Positions 13,286 to 25,500 of a DNA stretch of 64,000 nt are shown here, in pieces. The position numbers and the translations under genes are program-made. Position 1 is the stretch's first letter. The number at the start of each line of letters is the position of its first letter. The stretch is taken from NCBI RefSeq assembly GCF_009914755.1, contig NC_060933.1; one strand, written 5' to 3'. The notes under the pieces are model-generated. The model did no database searches. It was not told the origin of the DNA and saw nothing but the letters and a program-made list of their open reading frames with translations. Source of the stretch: the human T2T-CHM13v2.0 reference genome, Homo sapiens.

Positions 13286-16200
13286 ATTCCACTCGGGTTG
13301 ATTCCATTCCACTTCATTCCATTCCATTCCTTTCCATTTGAATCAATTCCATTCTATTCCATTCCGTTCCATTCCATTCCATTCCTTCCGGTTGATTCCA
13401 TTTCATTCCCTTCCACTCCATTCCATTCTATTCCATTCCACTCAGGTTGATTCCTTTCCATTCCATTCCATTCCATTCCATTCCATTGCATTCCATTTAA
13501 CTCGGGGTTTTTTCTATTCCATTCCATTCCATTCCAGTTAATTCAATTCCATTCTATTCCATTCCATTCCATTCCATTCCACTCGTGTTAATTCCATTCC
13601 ATTCCATTCCATTCCATTCCATTCCATTGCAGTTTTTTCAATTCTATTCTATTCCACTCCATTCCATTCCATTCCATTCCATTCCATTCCATTCCATTCC
13701 AGGTTATTCCATTCCATTGCATTCCATTCCATTCCACCCGGGTTGATTTAATTCCATTCCATTCCATTCCATTCCATTCCATTCCACCCGGGTTAATTCC
13801 ATTCCATTCCATTCCATTCCAGGTGATTCTATTCCATTCCATTCCATTCCATTCCTTTCCATTCCATTCAACGTGATTCCATTCCATTCCTTTCCATTCC
13901 ATTCCAGGTGATTCCATTCCAGATGATTCCATTCCATTCCATTCCAATCCATTCCACTTTGGTTGATTCAATTCCATTCTATTGCATTCAATTCCATTGC
14001 ATTCCATTCCATTCCACTCGGGATGATTCAATTCCATTCCATTCCATTCCATTCTAGTTGATTCAGTTCCGTTCTATTAAATTCCATTCCATTCCGTTCC
14101 ATTCCTTTCCATTCCATTCCATTCCACTCAGGTTGACTCCATTCCATTCCATTCCATTTCATTCCATTCCATTCCATTCCATTCCAGGTGATTCCGTTCC
14201 ATTACATTCCAATCCATTCCACTTGGGTTGATTCAATTCCATTCTATTCCTTTCAATTCCATTGCATTCCATTCCATTCCATTCCACTTGGCGTGATTCA
14301 ATTCCATTCAATTCCATATCATTCCATTCCATTCCAGTTGATTCTATTCCATTCTATTCCATTCCATTCCATTCCATTCCATTCCATTCCATTGCATTCC
14401 TTTCAATTCCATTTCACTCAGGTTGATTCCATTCCATTCCATTCCTTTCCATTCCAGTTCATTCAATTCCATTCTATTCCATTCCAATGGATTCCATTCC
14501 ACTTCATTCCATTACATTTCATTCCATTCCATTCCAGATGATTCCATTCCATTCCACTCCATTCCATTCCGTTCAATTCCATTCCATTCCATTCCACTCG
14601 GGTTGATTCCATTCCATTCTATTCCATTCCATTCCATTCCATTCTATGAGTGGAGTTGAGTGGAGTGGTGTGGAATGGAATAGATAGTAGTGCAGTTGAA
14701 AGGAATTGATTGGGATGGAATGGAACTGATTGGACAGAAATGGAATGCAGTGTTGTGGATTAGAGTGGAGTGGGGTGAAGTGGAATGGAGTGCAGTGGAG
14801 CGGAGTGTAGTCGAGTGGAACGGGGTGGAGTGGAGGGGACCGGAGTCGAGTGGACGGGAATGGAATGGAAGGGAATGAATGGAGTAGTATAGTCTGTTAT
14901 TCAGTTGAGTGGATTTGATTGCACTGGAGTGGAGTGGGTTGGAATGGAATGGAAGGGAGTTGTATGCAATGTAATGGAATGGAGTGGCATCTAAAGGTAT
15001 GGAGTAGAATGGAATGGAGAGGAATGGAGTGAAATGTGCTGCAGTGGAGTGGAATGCAATGAAGTTGAATGGAATGGCACGGAACGAAGTGGAGTTGAAT
15101 GTAACGGAATGAAATTGAATGACTGTAATGGAGAGGAATCGAATGGAGTGGAGGGAAGTGGAGTGGATTTGTTTATAATGGAATGCACTGGAGTGGATTG
15201 AAGTGGAATGGAGTGGAATGAAATGGAATGGTGTGGAATGGAATGGAATGGAATGGAATGGAATGGAATGGAATGGAATGGAGGGAAACGGAATGGAATG
15301 GAGGGGAACGGAATGGGATGGAGTGGAATGGAAAGGAATGGTGTGGAATGGAATGGAATGAAATGGTTTAGAACGCAAAGGAGTGGAGTGGAATGGAATG
15401 GAGGGAACTGCAAGTGAACAGAATGTAGTTGAATGGATTGGAAAGGAATGCAGTGTAGTGGATTCCAGTGGAATGGAAAGGAATTAAATGGAGTGGAATG
15501 GATTAAATCTGATTGGAATACAGTGGAGTGGAATGGAGTGGAATGGAGTGTAGTGGAGAGCAATGGACAGGAGTGGAGTGGAATGGAAAAGAATTTAAAG
15601 GAGTGCAGTTTAAAGCAATGGAATGGAATGAAGTGGAGTGTAATGGAATGAAGTGGAATGGAATGGAATAGAATAACTTGGAGTGCAAAGGACTGGAGTG
15701 GAAGGGAGTGGAGTGGAATTGAGTGGAATTGATTAAAAAAATGGAATGGAATGGAATTCAGTAGAGTGGAAAAGAGAGTACTGGAGTGGACTGGAATTGG
15801 GTAGAAATTAATGGATTAAGGTGGAATGGATTGGAACGGAATTGATTGGAGTTAAATGGAGTTGAGAGGAATGGAATGGAGATTACTGGAATAGAATGGA
15901 GTGGAATGGATTGGAATGTAGAGGAATGGAGTGGACTTGGAATGGAATGGTATGGAATGGAGTGGAAAGGAATGGAATGGAGTGGAATGGAATGGAATGA
16001 AAAGGAATGGAATGGAATTTAATTAAATGGAGAGGATTGGAATGTAGTAGATAGGACTGGAGTAGAGTGGAGAAGAATCAAAGGAATGGAGTGCAGTCAA
16101 ATGGAGTGTAGTGGAGTGTAGTGGAGTGTAGGTGAGTGGAGTAGTGTGTAATAGTGGAGTGGAGGTTACTGGAGTGGGATTCAAAGGAGTGGAATGGAAT

Positions 16201-19200
16201 TGAATGGAATGGAATGGATTGGAGTGAAGTGGAATGGAAAGCAGTGGAGTGGAATGGATTGAAATGGGATGGAATGCAGTTGGAAGAAGTGGAGTGGAAT
16301 TAAATGGAGTGAACTGGAATGGAATGGAGTGCATTGAAATGGAGTGGAATAGAATGGAATGGAATGGAATGGAATGGAACGGAATGGAGTGGAATGCAAT
16401 GGAGTGGAGTGTAGTTTATTGTAGTGCAATGCAAAGGAAGGGAATGGGATCGACTGGAGATGAATCAACTAGAGTGGAGTGGATTGGATTGGAGTGGAGT
16501 GTAATGGAAAGCAATGTAATGCACTGGAGTACAGAGGAATGGAATGGAAAACAATCGAGTGGATTGAAATGGAATGAAGTGGACGGGAATGGAATGGAGT
16601 GGAGTGTACTGGAATGGAGTGAAGTGGAACGGATTTTAATGGGATGGAGTAGAGTGGAGTGGAGTGTAATGGAATGGAGTGGAATAGAGTGGAATGTAGT
16701 GCAGTGGAATGGAATGGAGAGATTTGGAATGAAATGGAATGAAGTGGAACGGAGTGCAGTGGACGGGAAAGGAGTGGAGTAGAGTGGAATGGAAAGGAGT
16801 GGAGTGGAATGGAATGGAATGGAGTAGTATTGATTGGAGAGAAAGGGAATGTATAGGAGTGGAGTGGAATGGAATGGAGTGGAATGAAAAGGAATGGAGT
16901 GGAATGGAATGGAATGGAATGGAATGGAATGGAATGGAATGGAGTGGAGTGGAGTGGAATGGAATGGAATGGAGTGGCGTGGAATGGAATGGAGTGGAGT
17001 GGAATGGATTGGAATGGAATGGAATGGTGTGGAATGGAATGGAATGGAATGGAGTGGAAAAGAATTCACTGGAATAGAGGGGAATGGAGTGGAAAGGAAA
17101 AGAGTAGAGTGGAGTGAAATGGAATGGAGTAGAAAGGAATGGAATAGAATTGAATGGAATGGAATGGAATGGAATAGTGTGGATTGAATGGAAGGGAAGG
17201 GAATAGAATGGAATAAATTGGAGTGCAATGAAATGGAATGGAAAAGGATGGAATGGAGAGAAGTAAACGGAATGCATTGGAGTGGAATGGAATGGAATGG
17301 ATTAGAGTGGAGTGGAGTGGAATACCACAGAATGGAGTGGAATATAAAGGAGTGGAGCGGAGAAGAAGGGAATGGAAGGAAACGGAATGAACAGGAGAGT
17401 AGTGCTGAGGATTGGAGTGCACTAGAGTGAAATGGATTGGAATGGAATGGAATGGGATGGAATGGAATGGAGTTGAGTGGAATGGAATGGAGTGGAGTAG
17501 AGTGGAATGGATTGGAGTGGAATGGAATGTAATGGAATGGAATGAAATGGAGAGGGGTGGAGTGCAACAGAAAGGAGTACAGTGGACTGGCATGAAATGC
17601 AATGCAATGGATTTGAGTGGAGTGGAGTGGACTGGAATGGAATGGAGTGGAATAGAATGGAATGGAACGCAGTGGAATGCAATGGAGTGCAGGGGAGTGC
17701 AATGGAATGGAATGGAATGGAATGGAGTTGAAAGAACTAGAGTGGAGTAGATTGTGTTGGAGTGGAGTGGAAGGCAATGGAATGGAATAGAGTGGAACGG
17801 AATGTAATGTAATGGAATGGATTCGAATGGAAAGAAGTGGACTGGAATGGAATGGAGTGGAGTGTACTGGAATGGAGTGGTGTAGAATGGAGTGGAATGG
17901 AATGGAGTAGAGTGGTGAGGAGTGTAATTGAATTGAGTGGAATAGTGTGGAATGGAGTGAAATGGAATGGAGTGGACAGAAATAGAGTTGAATGGAATGC
18001 AGTGAAATGGAATGGAGTGGAGTGGAAAAGAGTGTAGTGGAATGGAATGTAGTGGAGTGGAAAGCAATGGAATGGAGTAGTATTGATTGGAGAGAAATGG
18101 GGTGTAGTGGAGTGGAGAGGAAGGAATGGAGTGGAAAGGAGAAGAATGCAATGGAATGGAAATAAATGGAATGGAATGGAGTGGAGAGGCGTGGAGAGGA
18201 GTGGAATGGAATTGACTAGAATAGAGTGGACTGGAGTGTAATGGGAAGGAGTGGAGTGGAGTGGAATGGAATGAAATGGAATAGTATGGAATGGAGTGCA
18301 GTGGAATGGAATGGTGAGAAATAGAATGGAATGGAATGCAGTGAAATGGAATGGTATGGGGTGTAAAAGAGTGTAGAGGAATGGAATGCAGTAGAGTGGA
18401 AAGCAATGGAATGGAGTCGTATTGATTGGAGAGAAATGGGGTTTAGTGGAGTGGAGAGGAATAGAATGGAGTGGAAAGGAGAGGAATGCAATGGAATGCA
18501 AATGAATGCAATGGAATGGAAATGAATGGAATGGAATGGAGTGGAGATGAGTGGAGTGGGGTGGAATGGAATTGACTAGAATAGAGTGGACTGGAGTGGA
18601 ATGGAAAGGAGTGGAGTGGGGTGGATTGGAATGAAGTAGAATGGAATGGAATGGAATGGAGTGCAGTGGAGTGGAAGGGAAAGTAATCTAATAGAATGGA
18701 ATGGAAAGGAGTGTAATGGAATGGAATGGAAAAGAATGCAATGGAGGGGATTGGAACGGAATGGAGTGGAGTGGAATGAAATGGAATGGATTACAGTGGA
18801 GGGGAGAGGAATAGAATGGAATGGAGTGGAATTTAATTTAGTGGAAAAGAGAGGAAAGGAATGGAAAAAAATGGAATGGAGTGGAATGTATTGTAGTGCA
18901 TTGCAGTGGAGTGGAATGGAATGGAGTGGAATGGAATGGAGCAATGTGGAGTGGAGTGGAATGGAATCAAGAGGAGTTGATTGGATTGGAGAGGATTTGA
19001 ATGGAATGGAGTGGAATGGAATTGAATGGAATAGATTGTAGTGGAATGGAGTGGACTGAAAAGGAGTGGAGAGGAGTGGAATTAAATGAAATGGAATGGA
19101 ATATAACAGAGTGGAATGGAATGCAATCAAGTGGAGTGTAATGGAAGGGAGTGGAGGGTAATGGATGGGAGTGGAGTGAAATTGTTTAGAGCGGAATGCA

Positions 19201-22200
19201 GTGTGATGGAGTGGAATGGAAACGAATGGAATGGAGAGGAGTGGAGTGGAAACGATTGGAATGGAGAGGAGTGGAGAGGAATGGAATGGAGTGGAATGAA
19301 ATGAAATGAAATGGAGTGGAATGGAATGGAGTGGAATGGAATGGAAAGGAATGGTGTGGAGTGGAATGGGGTGGATTGCAGTGGAAAAGAATAGAACAGA
19401 AAGGAATGGAGTGGAATGCAATGGATTGGAATGGAATGGAAAGGAATGAAATGCAATGGAGTGGATTGGAATGGAAAGGAATGAAATGTAATGGGCTGGT
19501 ATAGAATCGAATGTAGTGGATTGGAAAGGAGTGGAGTGGATTGGAATGGAATGGAAAGAATTGGAATGGAATGGGATGGAATGGAATGCAATTTATCAGA
19601 ATGTAGTGGAGTGGAGTGTAGTGGAGTGGAAAAGTAATGGAATGGAAAGGACTGGACTGGAATGGAGTGGAGTTGAGTGGACTGGAATTGAATGCAATGG
19701 AATGGATTGGATTTGAGTGCAGTGGATTGGGTTGGAATGGAGCATAATGTAATGGAATGGAATGGTATGGATTGGAATGGAATGGAATGGAATGGAATGG
19801 AATGGAATGGAATGTATTGGAATGGAATGGAGTGGAGTGGAAAGGAGTGGAGTGGAGTCGAATTGAATTGAATGGAATGGAATGAAGCGGAATGGAATGG
19901 AATGGAGTGCTATGGAACGGTTTGGAATGCATTGGAATGCAATCAAGTGGAGTTTAAGGGAATGGAGTGGAGTGGAATAGAAGGGAGTAGAATGGTTGGG
20001 AGTGCACTGGAGTGGAAAGGAATGGAGTGGAATGGAATGCAAAGGAATGGGCTGGAGTGGAATGGAGTGGAGTGTAGTGGAATGGAATGCAATGGAAAGG
20101 AGTGTAATGGAATGCAATGGAATGGAGTGTAGAGGAAGGAAGTGGAGTGGAGTGGAATGGAATGAAATGGAATGGGATGGATTGGAATGGAACGGATTGG
20201 AATGGAATGGATTGGAATGGAATTTAATGGAATGGAATGGAATGGAATGCAGTGGAGTTGAGTGGAGTGGACTCGAATGCAATGGAATGGAATGGAAAAG
20301 AATGGAATGGAATAGAGAGTAGTGGAGTGGAATGGAGTGGATTGCAGTGCAATGTAGTGAAGTGTAGTGGAAAGGAGTGGAGTGGAAAGGAATAGAATCG
20401 GGGGGACTGGAAAGAAGTGGAGTGGATTGGAGTGGAGTGCAACGGTATGGAAAGGAATGGAGTGGAGTGGAATGGAGTGGAGTGGAGTGGAATGGAATGG
20501 AAAGCAATGGAGTGGAATGGAATGAAATGGAATGGACTGGAGTGGAATGGAATGGAAAGGAATTGAGTGGAGTGGAATGGATTGGATTTGAGTGGAATGA
20601 AATGAAATGGAATGGAGTGGATGGGAGTGGAGTGGAGTGGAGTCGAATGAAATGCAATGGAATGGAAAGGAATGGAATGGAATAGAGAGGAGTAGAGAGA
20701 AGTGGAACGGAGTGGACTGGAGTGCAATGTAGTGAAGAGTAGTGGAAAGCAGAGGAGTGGAAAGGAATGGAATCAGGTGGAATGGAATGAAGTGGAGTTG
20801 ATTGGAGTCGAGTGCAATGGAATGGAGTGGAGTGGGCTGGAGTTGAGTGGAATGCTGTGGAGTGAAATGGAATGGAAGGGAATGGAATGGATTGGCGGAG
20901 AATGGAACGGAATGGATTGGAATGGAGTGGAATAGAGTGAAATGGACTGGAGTGGAGTGGAACGGAATAGAATGGAGTGGAATGGAATGGAGTGGGATGG
21001 AGGCTAGAGGAATGGACTGCCATGGAATGGAGTGGAATGGAATGGAATGTAATGGAAAAGAATGGAATGAAGAGAAATGGCATAGAATGGAGTGGAATGG
21101 AATGAAAGGGAATGGAATGGTGTGCAATGGAGAGGAGTGCAGTGGAATGGAATGAAATGGAAGGCAATGGAGTTGAATGGAGTGGAGTGGAGTGGAATGG
21201 AATGGAATGGAGTGGAATGGAGTGGAGTGCAATGGAATGGAGAGGAATGAAATGGAATTGAATTGAGTTGAGTGGAATGGAGTTGAGAGAAATTGACTGG
21301 AGTGGAGTGGAAAGGTAAAGAGTGGAATGGAATGGAATGGAGTGGAATGGAATGCAATGGAATGAAATGGAGTGGAATGCAACGGAGTGGAATGGAGAAA
21401 ATGGAATAGAGTGAAGTGGAATGGAATGGAGTGGAGTGGAGTAGAGTGGTTTGGAATAGAGTGGAGTGGAGTGGAATGGAGGGGAGTGGAGTGCAGTGGA
21501 GTTGAATGTAAATGATTGGAATGGAATGGATTGGAATGGAGAGGAATGGAGTGGAGCCACGTGGAGTGGAATGCAGGGGAGTGGAATGTAAAGGAAAGAG
21601 AGGAATATATTGGCATGGAATGGTGTGGAGTGGAATTGTATGGAGTGGTGAGGAATTGAATGGAGTGGAAAGGAATGGAATGGAGTGGAGGGGAGTGGAA
21701 TGGAGAGAAACGGATTGGAATGTAGTGGAATGGAATGGCGTGCAGTGGAATGGAATGGAATGGAATGGGATGGAATGGATTGAAGTGAAATGCAGTGCAA
21801 TGGAATCAGTAGAGTGGAATGCAATGGAGTGGAAAGGAGTGGTATGGAATGTAATGGAAAGGAATAGAATGTAAAGGAAATGAATGGAATGGAATGGATT
21901 GAAGTCGAGTCGAGTGGAGTGGAGTGGAATGGAGAGGAGTGGAGTGGAATGGTATGGAATGGAATGGAATGCAATAGAATGGAATAGAAAGGAATGGAAT
22001 GGATTCGAAAGGATTGGAATGGAATGGAATGGAAAGGAGTGGAATGGAATTAGATGGAATTGACTGTAAAGGAGTGGAGTGTAGTGGAATGGCGTGGGGT
22101 GAACTGGAATGGAGTGGAATGGAGTGGACTGGAATGGAACAGAGTGGTTTGGAATGGAACGGATTTTAATGATATAGAATGGAGTGCAGTGAAGTGTAAT

Positions 22201-22460
22201 GGAGTGGAGTGGAATGGCGTGGAATGCAGTGCAATGGAATGGTAAGGAATGCATTGGAATGCAATCAAGTGGAGTGTAATGGAATGCAGTGGAGTGTAAT
22301 GTAATGGAGTGGAGTGAAATTGATTGGAGAGGAATGGAGTGTGGTGGAGTGGAATGGAATTGAATTGAGTGGAGTGGAGTGGAATTGAATAGAATGGAAT
22401 GGAATGGAATGGAATAAAGTGGAATGGAGTGAAATGGAGTGGAGTGTATTCAATGGAATG

Positions 22461-22585
22461 GAGTGGAGTGAAATGGAATGGAATGGAATGCAATGGAGTG
22501 GAGTGGAGTGAAATGGAATGGAATGGAATGCAATGGAGTGGAGTGGAGTGAAATGGAATGGAATGGAATGCAATGGAGTGGAGTG
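22461..22585. repeat. Perfect 40-bp tandem repeat x3
   Basis: GAGTGGAGTGAAATGGAATGGAATGGAATGCAATGGAGTG occurs at 22461, 22501 and 22541. Confidence 0.9.
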
Positions 22586-25500
22586 AAGTGGAATGTAAGG
22601 GAGTGGAATGGAGTGGAGTGGATTGGAGTGGAATGGAGTGAATTGGAATATAATGGAGTGGAATGGAATTGAAAGTAATGGAGTGGAGTTGAGTGGAATT
22701 GAATGGAGTGGAGTGGAATGGAATGGAATGGAGTGGAATGGAATGAAATGGAGTGGAGTTGAGTGGAATGCAGTGGAGTGGAGTGGAATGGAATGGAATG
22801 GGATGGAATGGAATGGAGTGGAGTTTAAAGGAATTGAGTGGAGGGGAATGGAGTGGAGTGGATAAAAAGGAGTGGAATGGAATGGAGGGAAGTGGAATGG
22901 AGTGGAGTGGATTGGAATGGAGTGAAAAGGAATTGAGTGGAGTGTAGTGGAGTGGAATGAAATGGAGTGGAGTGGAATGGAATGGGTTAGAATGGAGTGG
23001 AATGGTATGGAATGGAGGTGTGTGGAATGAAATGGACTCCAATGGAATGGAAAGGAGTGCTGTGGAGTGAAATGGAGTGAAGTGGACAGAAGAGCAGTGG
23101 AAGGGAATGAAATGGAGTGGAGTGGAATGGAGGTCAATGGAATGGAGTGGAGTGGAATGGAATGGAAAGGAATGGAGTGGAATGGAATGGAATGAAATGG
23201 AATGGACGGCAATGGAAAGGAGTGGAATGGAGTGGAGGGGAATGGAATGGAGTGGAATGGAATAGAATGCAATGGAGTGGAGTGGAATGAAGTGGAGTGG
23301 ACTTTAATGGAGTGGAGTATAACAGAGTGCAGTGGAGTAGAATGGAGAGAGGTGAAGGGAATGCAATGGAATGGAATGACATGGCAAGGAATGGAATGTA
23401 ATGGAGTGGACTGCAGGGGAGTAGGGTGAAATGGAATAGAGCAGAGTGGAATGGAGTGGAATGGATTGGAGTGGGGTTGCGTGGAGTGAAGTGGAGTGGA
23501 GTGGAATGAAGTTGAGTGGAGATGAGTGGAGTGGAGTGAAATGGATTGGAGTGGAATGGAATGGAGTGGATTGCAGTGGAGTGGAGTGAACTGTGATGGA
23601 ATGGAGTGGAATGGAGTGTAAAGTATGGGAGTGGAATGGAAGGGATTTGAGTGGAGTGTAGTGGAGTTTTGTGGAATGGAATGGAGTGGAGTGGAGTGGC
23701 ATGGTGTGGAGTGGAGTGGAGTGGAATGGAGTGGAGTGAAACGGAGTGGAGTGGAATTAAATGGAGTGAAATGGAATGGATTGGAGCGAATGGAGTAGAG
23801 TGGAATTGATTGGAGTAGAATGGAGTGTAGTGGAGTGGAATGAACTGGCATTTAACGGAATGGAGTGGAGGACAGTGGAGTGGCGTGGGTTGGAATGCAG
23901 TGGAGTGCAGTGGAGTAGAGTGCAATGGAATGGAGTGAAGTGGAATGGAGTGTAGTGGAAGGGAATGGAGTGGAATGCAGTGCAGTGGAGTGAAATGCAG
24001 TTAAATGGAATGAAGAGGAGTGGAATAAAATGGAGTGGAGTGGAATGGAATGTAATGGAAGGGAGTGGAGTGGAGTTCAATGGAGTGGGGTCTAATCGAG
24101 TGGAGAGGAGTGGAATGGAGTGTAATGGAATGGAGTGTGTTGGAATGGAATCGCGTGGACTGTAATGACATGGAGTGGATTAGAGTGGAGTGGAGGTGAG
24201 TGGAGTGGAGTGGAATGGAATGCAGTGTTGGGGAGGGAAGTGGAGTGGAATGGAATGGCGTAGGGTGGAATTGAGTGGAGTTGAATGGAATGGAGTGGTG
24301 CGGAGTGGGGTGGAATGGATTGGAATGGAATGTACTGGGATGGAGTGGAAAGTTGTGAAGTGGAGTGGAATGGAATCGAGTGCAGTGGAATAAAATGGAG
24401 TTGAGTGGAATGTAATGGAATCGAGTGGAATGGAATGGAGTGGAGGGAACTGTGTGGAGTGGGGTAGAGTGAAGGGGAGTGGAATGGAGAGGAACGGAAT
24501 TAAGTGGAGTGGAATAGAATGGAGTGGAATGGAATGGAATGGAGTGAGGTAGAATGGAGTGGACAGGATTTAAGGGGAGGGGAGTAGAATGGACAGAAGT
24601 GGTATGGACTTTAGTGGAGAGGAGTGGAGAGGAGTGGAACTTAGAGTAGTGGAATGGAGAGGAGTGGAACGGAATGGAGTGGAACGGATTAGAATGGAAT
24701 GGAGTGGAGTGTACTAAAATTCAATGGAATCGAACGAAAAAAATGGAACGGAATGGAGTGGAGTAAAATGTATTTCAACGGAGTGGAGTGGAATGGAATG
24801 GAGTGGAGTGGAATAGAGTGGAGTGGAGTGGAATAGATAGAAATAAAATGGAGTGGAGTGGAGTGGAGTGGCGAGGGATAGAATGGAGTCGAGTGGAGTG
24901 TAATGGAATGGAATGGAGTGGAGTGAAATGGAGGGGAGTGGAGGGGAATGGAGTGGAATGGAATGGAGTGGAATGGAATGCAGTGGAATGGAATAAAATG
25001 GAGTGAAGTGGAATGGAGTGGAGTGGAATGGAGAGTAGTGAAATGGAGTGGAGTGGAGTGGAACGGAGTGGAATGAAATGGAGAGGACTGAAATGCAGTG
25101 GAGTTGAGTGGAGAAGAGTGGAGTGGAGGGGAGTTTAGTGGAGTGGAATGTAATGCAGTGAAGTAGAGTGAATTGGAGTGGAATGGAATGGAGAAGAGTA
25201 GAATGGAATGGAGTGGAATGGAATGGAGTGTAGGGGAGTGTTGTGGAATGGATTGGAATGGAATGTAGTGGAATTGAGTGGAATGGACTGGAGTGGAGAT
25301 GAATGAAATCATGTGCATGTAATCTAACGGGATGGAGTGGAGTGGAATGGAATGGAATGGAGTGGAATGGAATGGAGTGGAGTGCAGTGGTGCGGATTGG
25401 AGTAGATTGGAGTGGAGTGGATAGGAGTGGAATGGTATGGAGTAGAGTGTATTGGTGCGGAGTGGAGTAGGTTGGAGTGGAGTGGAGTGGATTGGACTGG

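Larger units (their letters stand above)
1786..14646 (-). repeat. HSat3 array in inverted orientation ((ATTCC)n on +, with ACTCGGGTTGATTCC motifs)
   Basis: (ATTCC)n with frequent ACTCGGGTTG, the reverse complement of CAACCCGAGT (e.g. about 2266, 2599, 3164, 14596). The reverse complement of 3711-3807 matches 271-367 at 93/97 positions. Confidence 0.95.
11400..14646 (-). repeat. Sequence-distinct HSat3 sub-layer enriched in TGATTCAATTCC
   Basis: TGATTCAATT occurs at 11954, 12304, 12409, 12624, 12759, 12944, 13144, 13964, 14024, 14229 and 14294, while TGATTCCATT dominates 1786-9800. The left boundary is approximate. Confidence 0.65.

Noticed and set aside
1-14646. Recurring CAACCCGAGT / ACTCGGGTTG motif separated by variable stretches, superficially like a CRISPR array
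   Set aside because: The intervening sequence is pentamer repeat rather than unique spacers, spacing is irregular, there are no cas genes, and the motif is the known HSat3 diagnostic.
43-14659. Many MEWNG- and IPFHS-repeat ORFs in the canonical HSat3 blocks
   Set aside because: Same artefact. ATG occurs in every GGAAT-G junction, and nothing in the sequence supports coding function.
15734-15741. Short A-runs (also about 24737) as possible retroposon tails
   Set aside because: They are only 7-8 nt long, with no Alu or L1 body and no target-site duplication.
19596-21974. 792-aa minus-strand ORF, and other long ORFs such as 51839-54154, 57161-59413 and 39973-41961
   Set aside because: These are translations of (CATTC/CACTC)n into HSIPF/HSTPL repeats. 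The pentamer has no stop in any frame, ORFs overlap in several frames on both strands, and there is no domain-like content.
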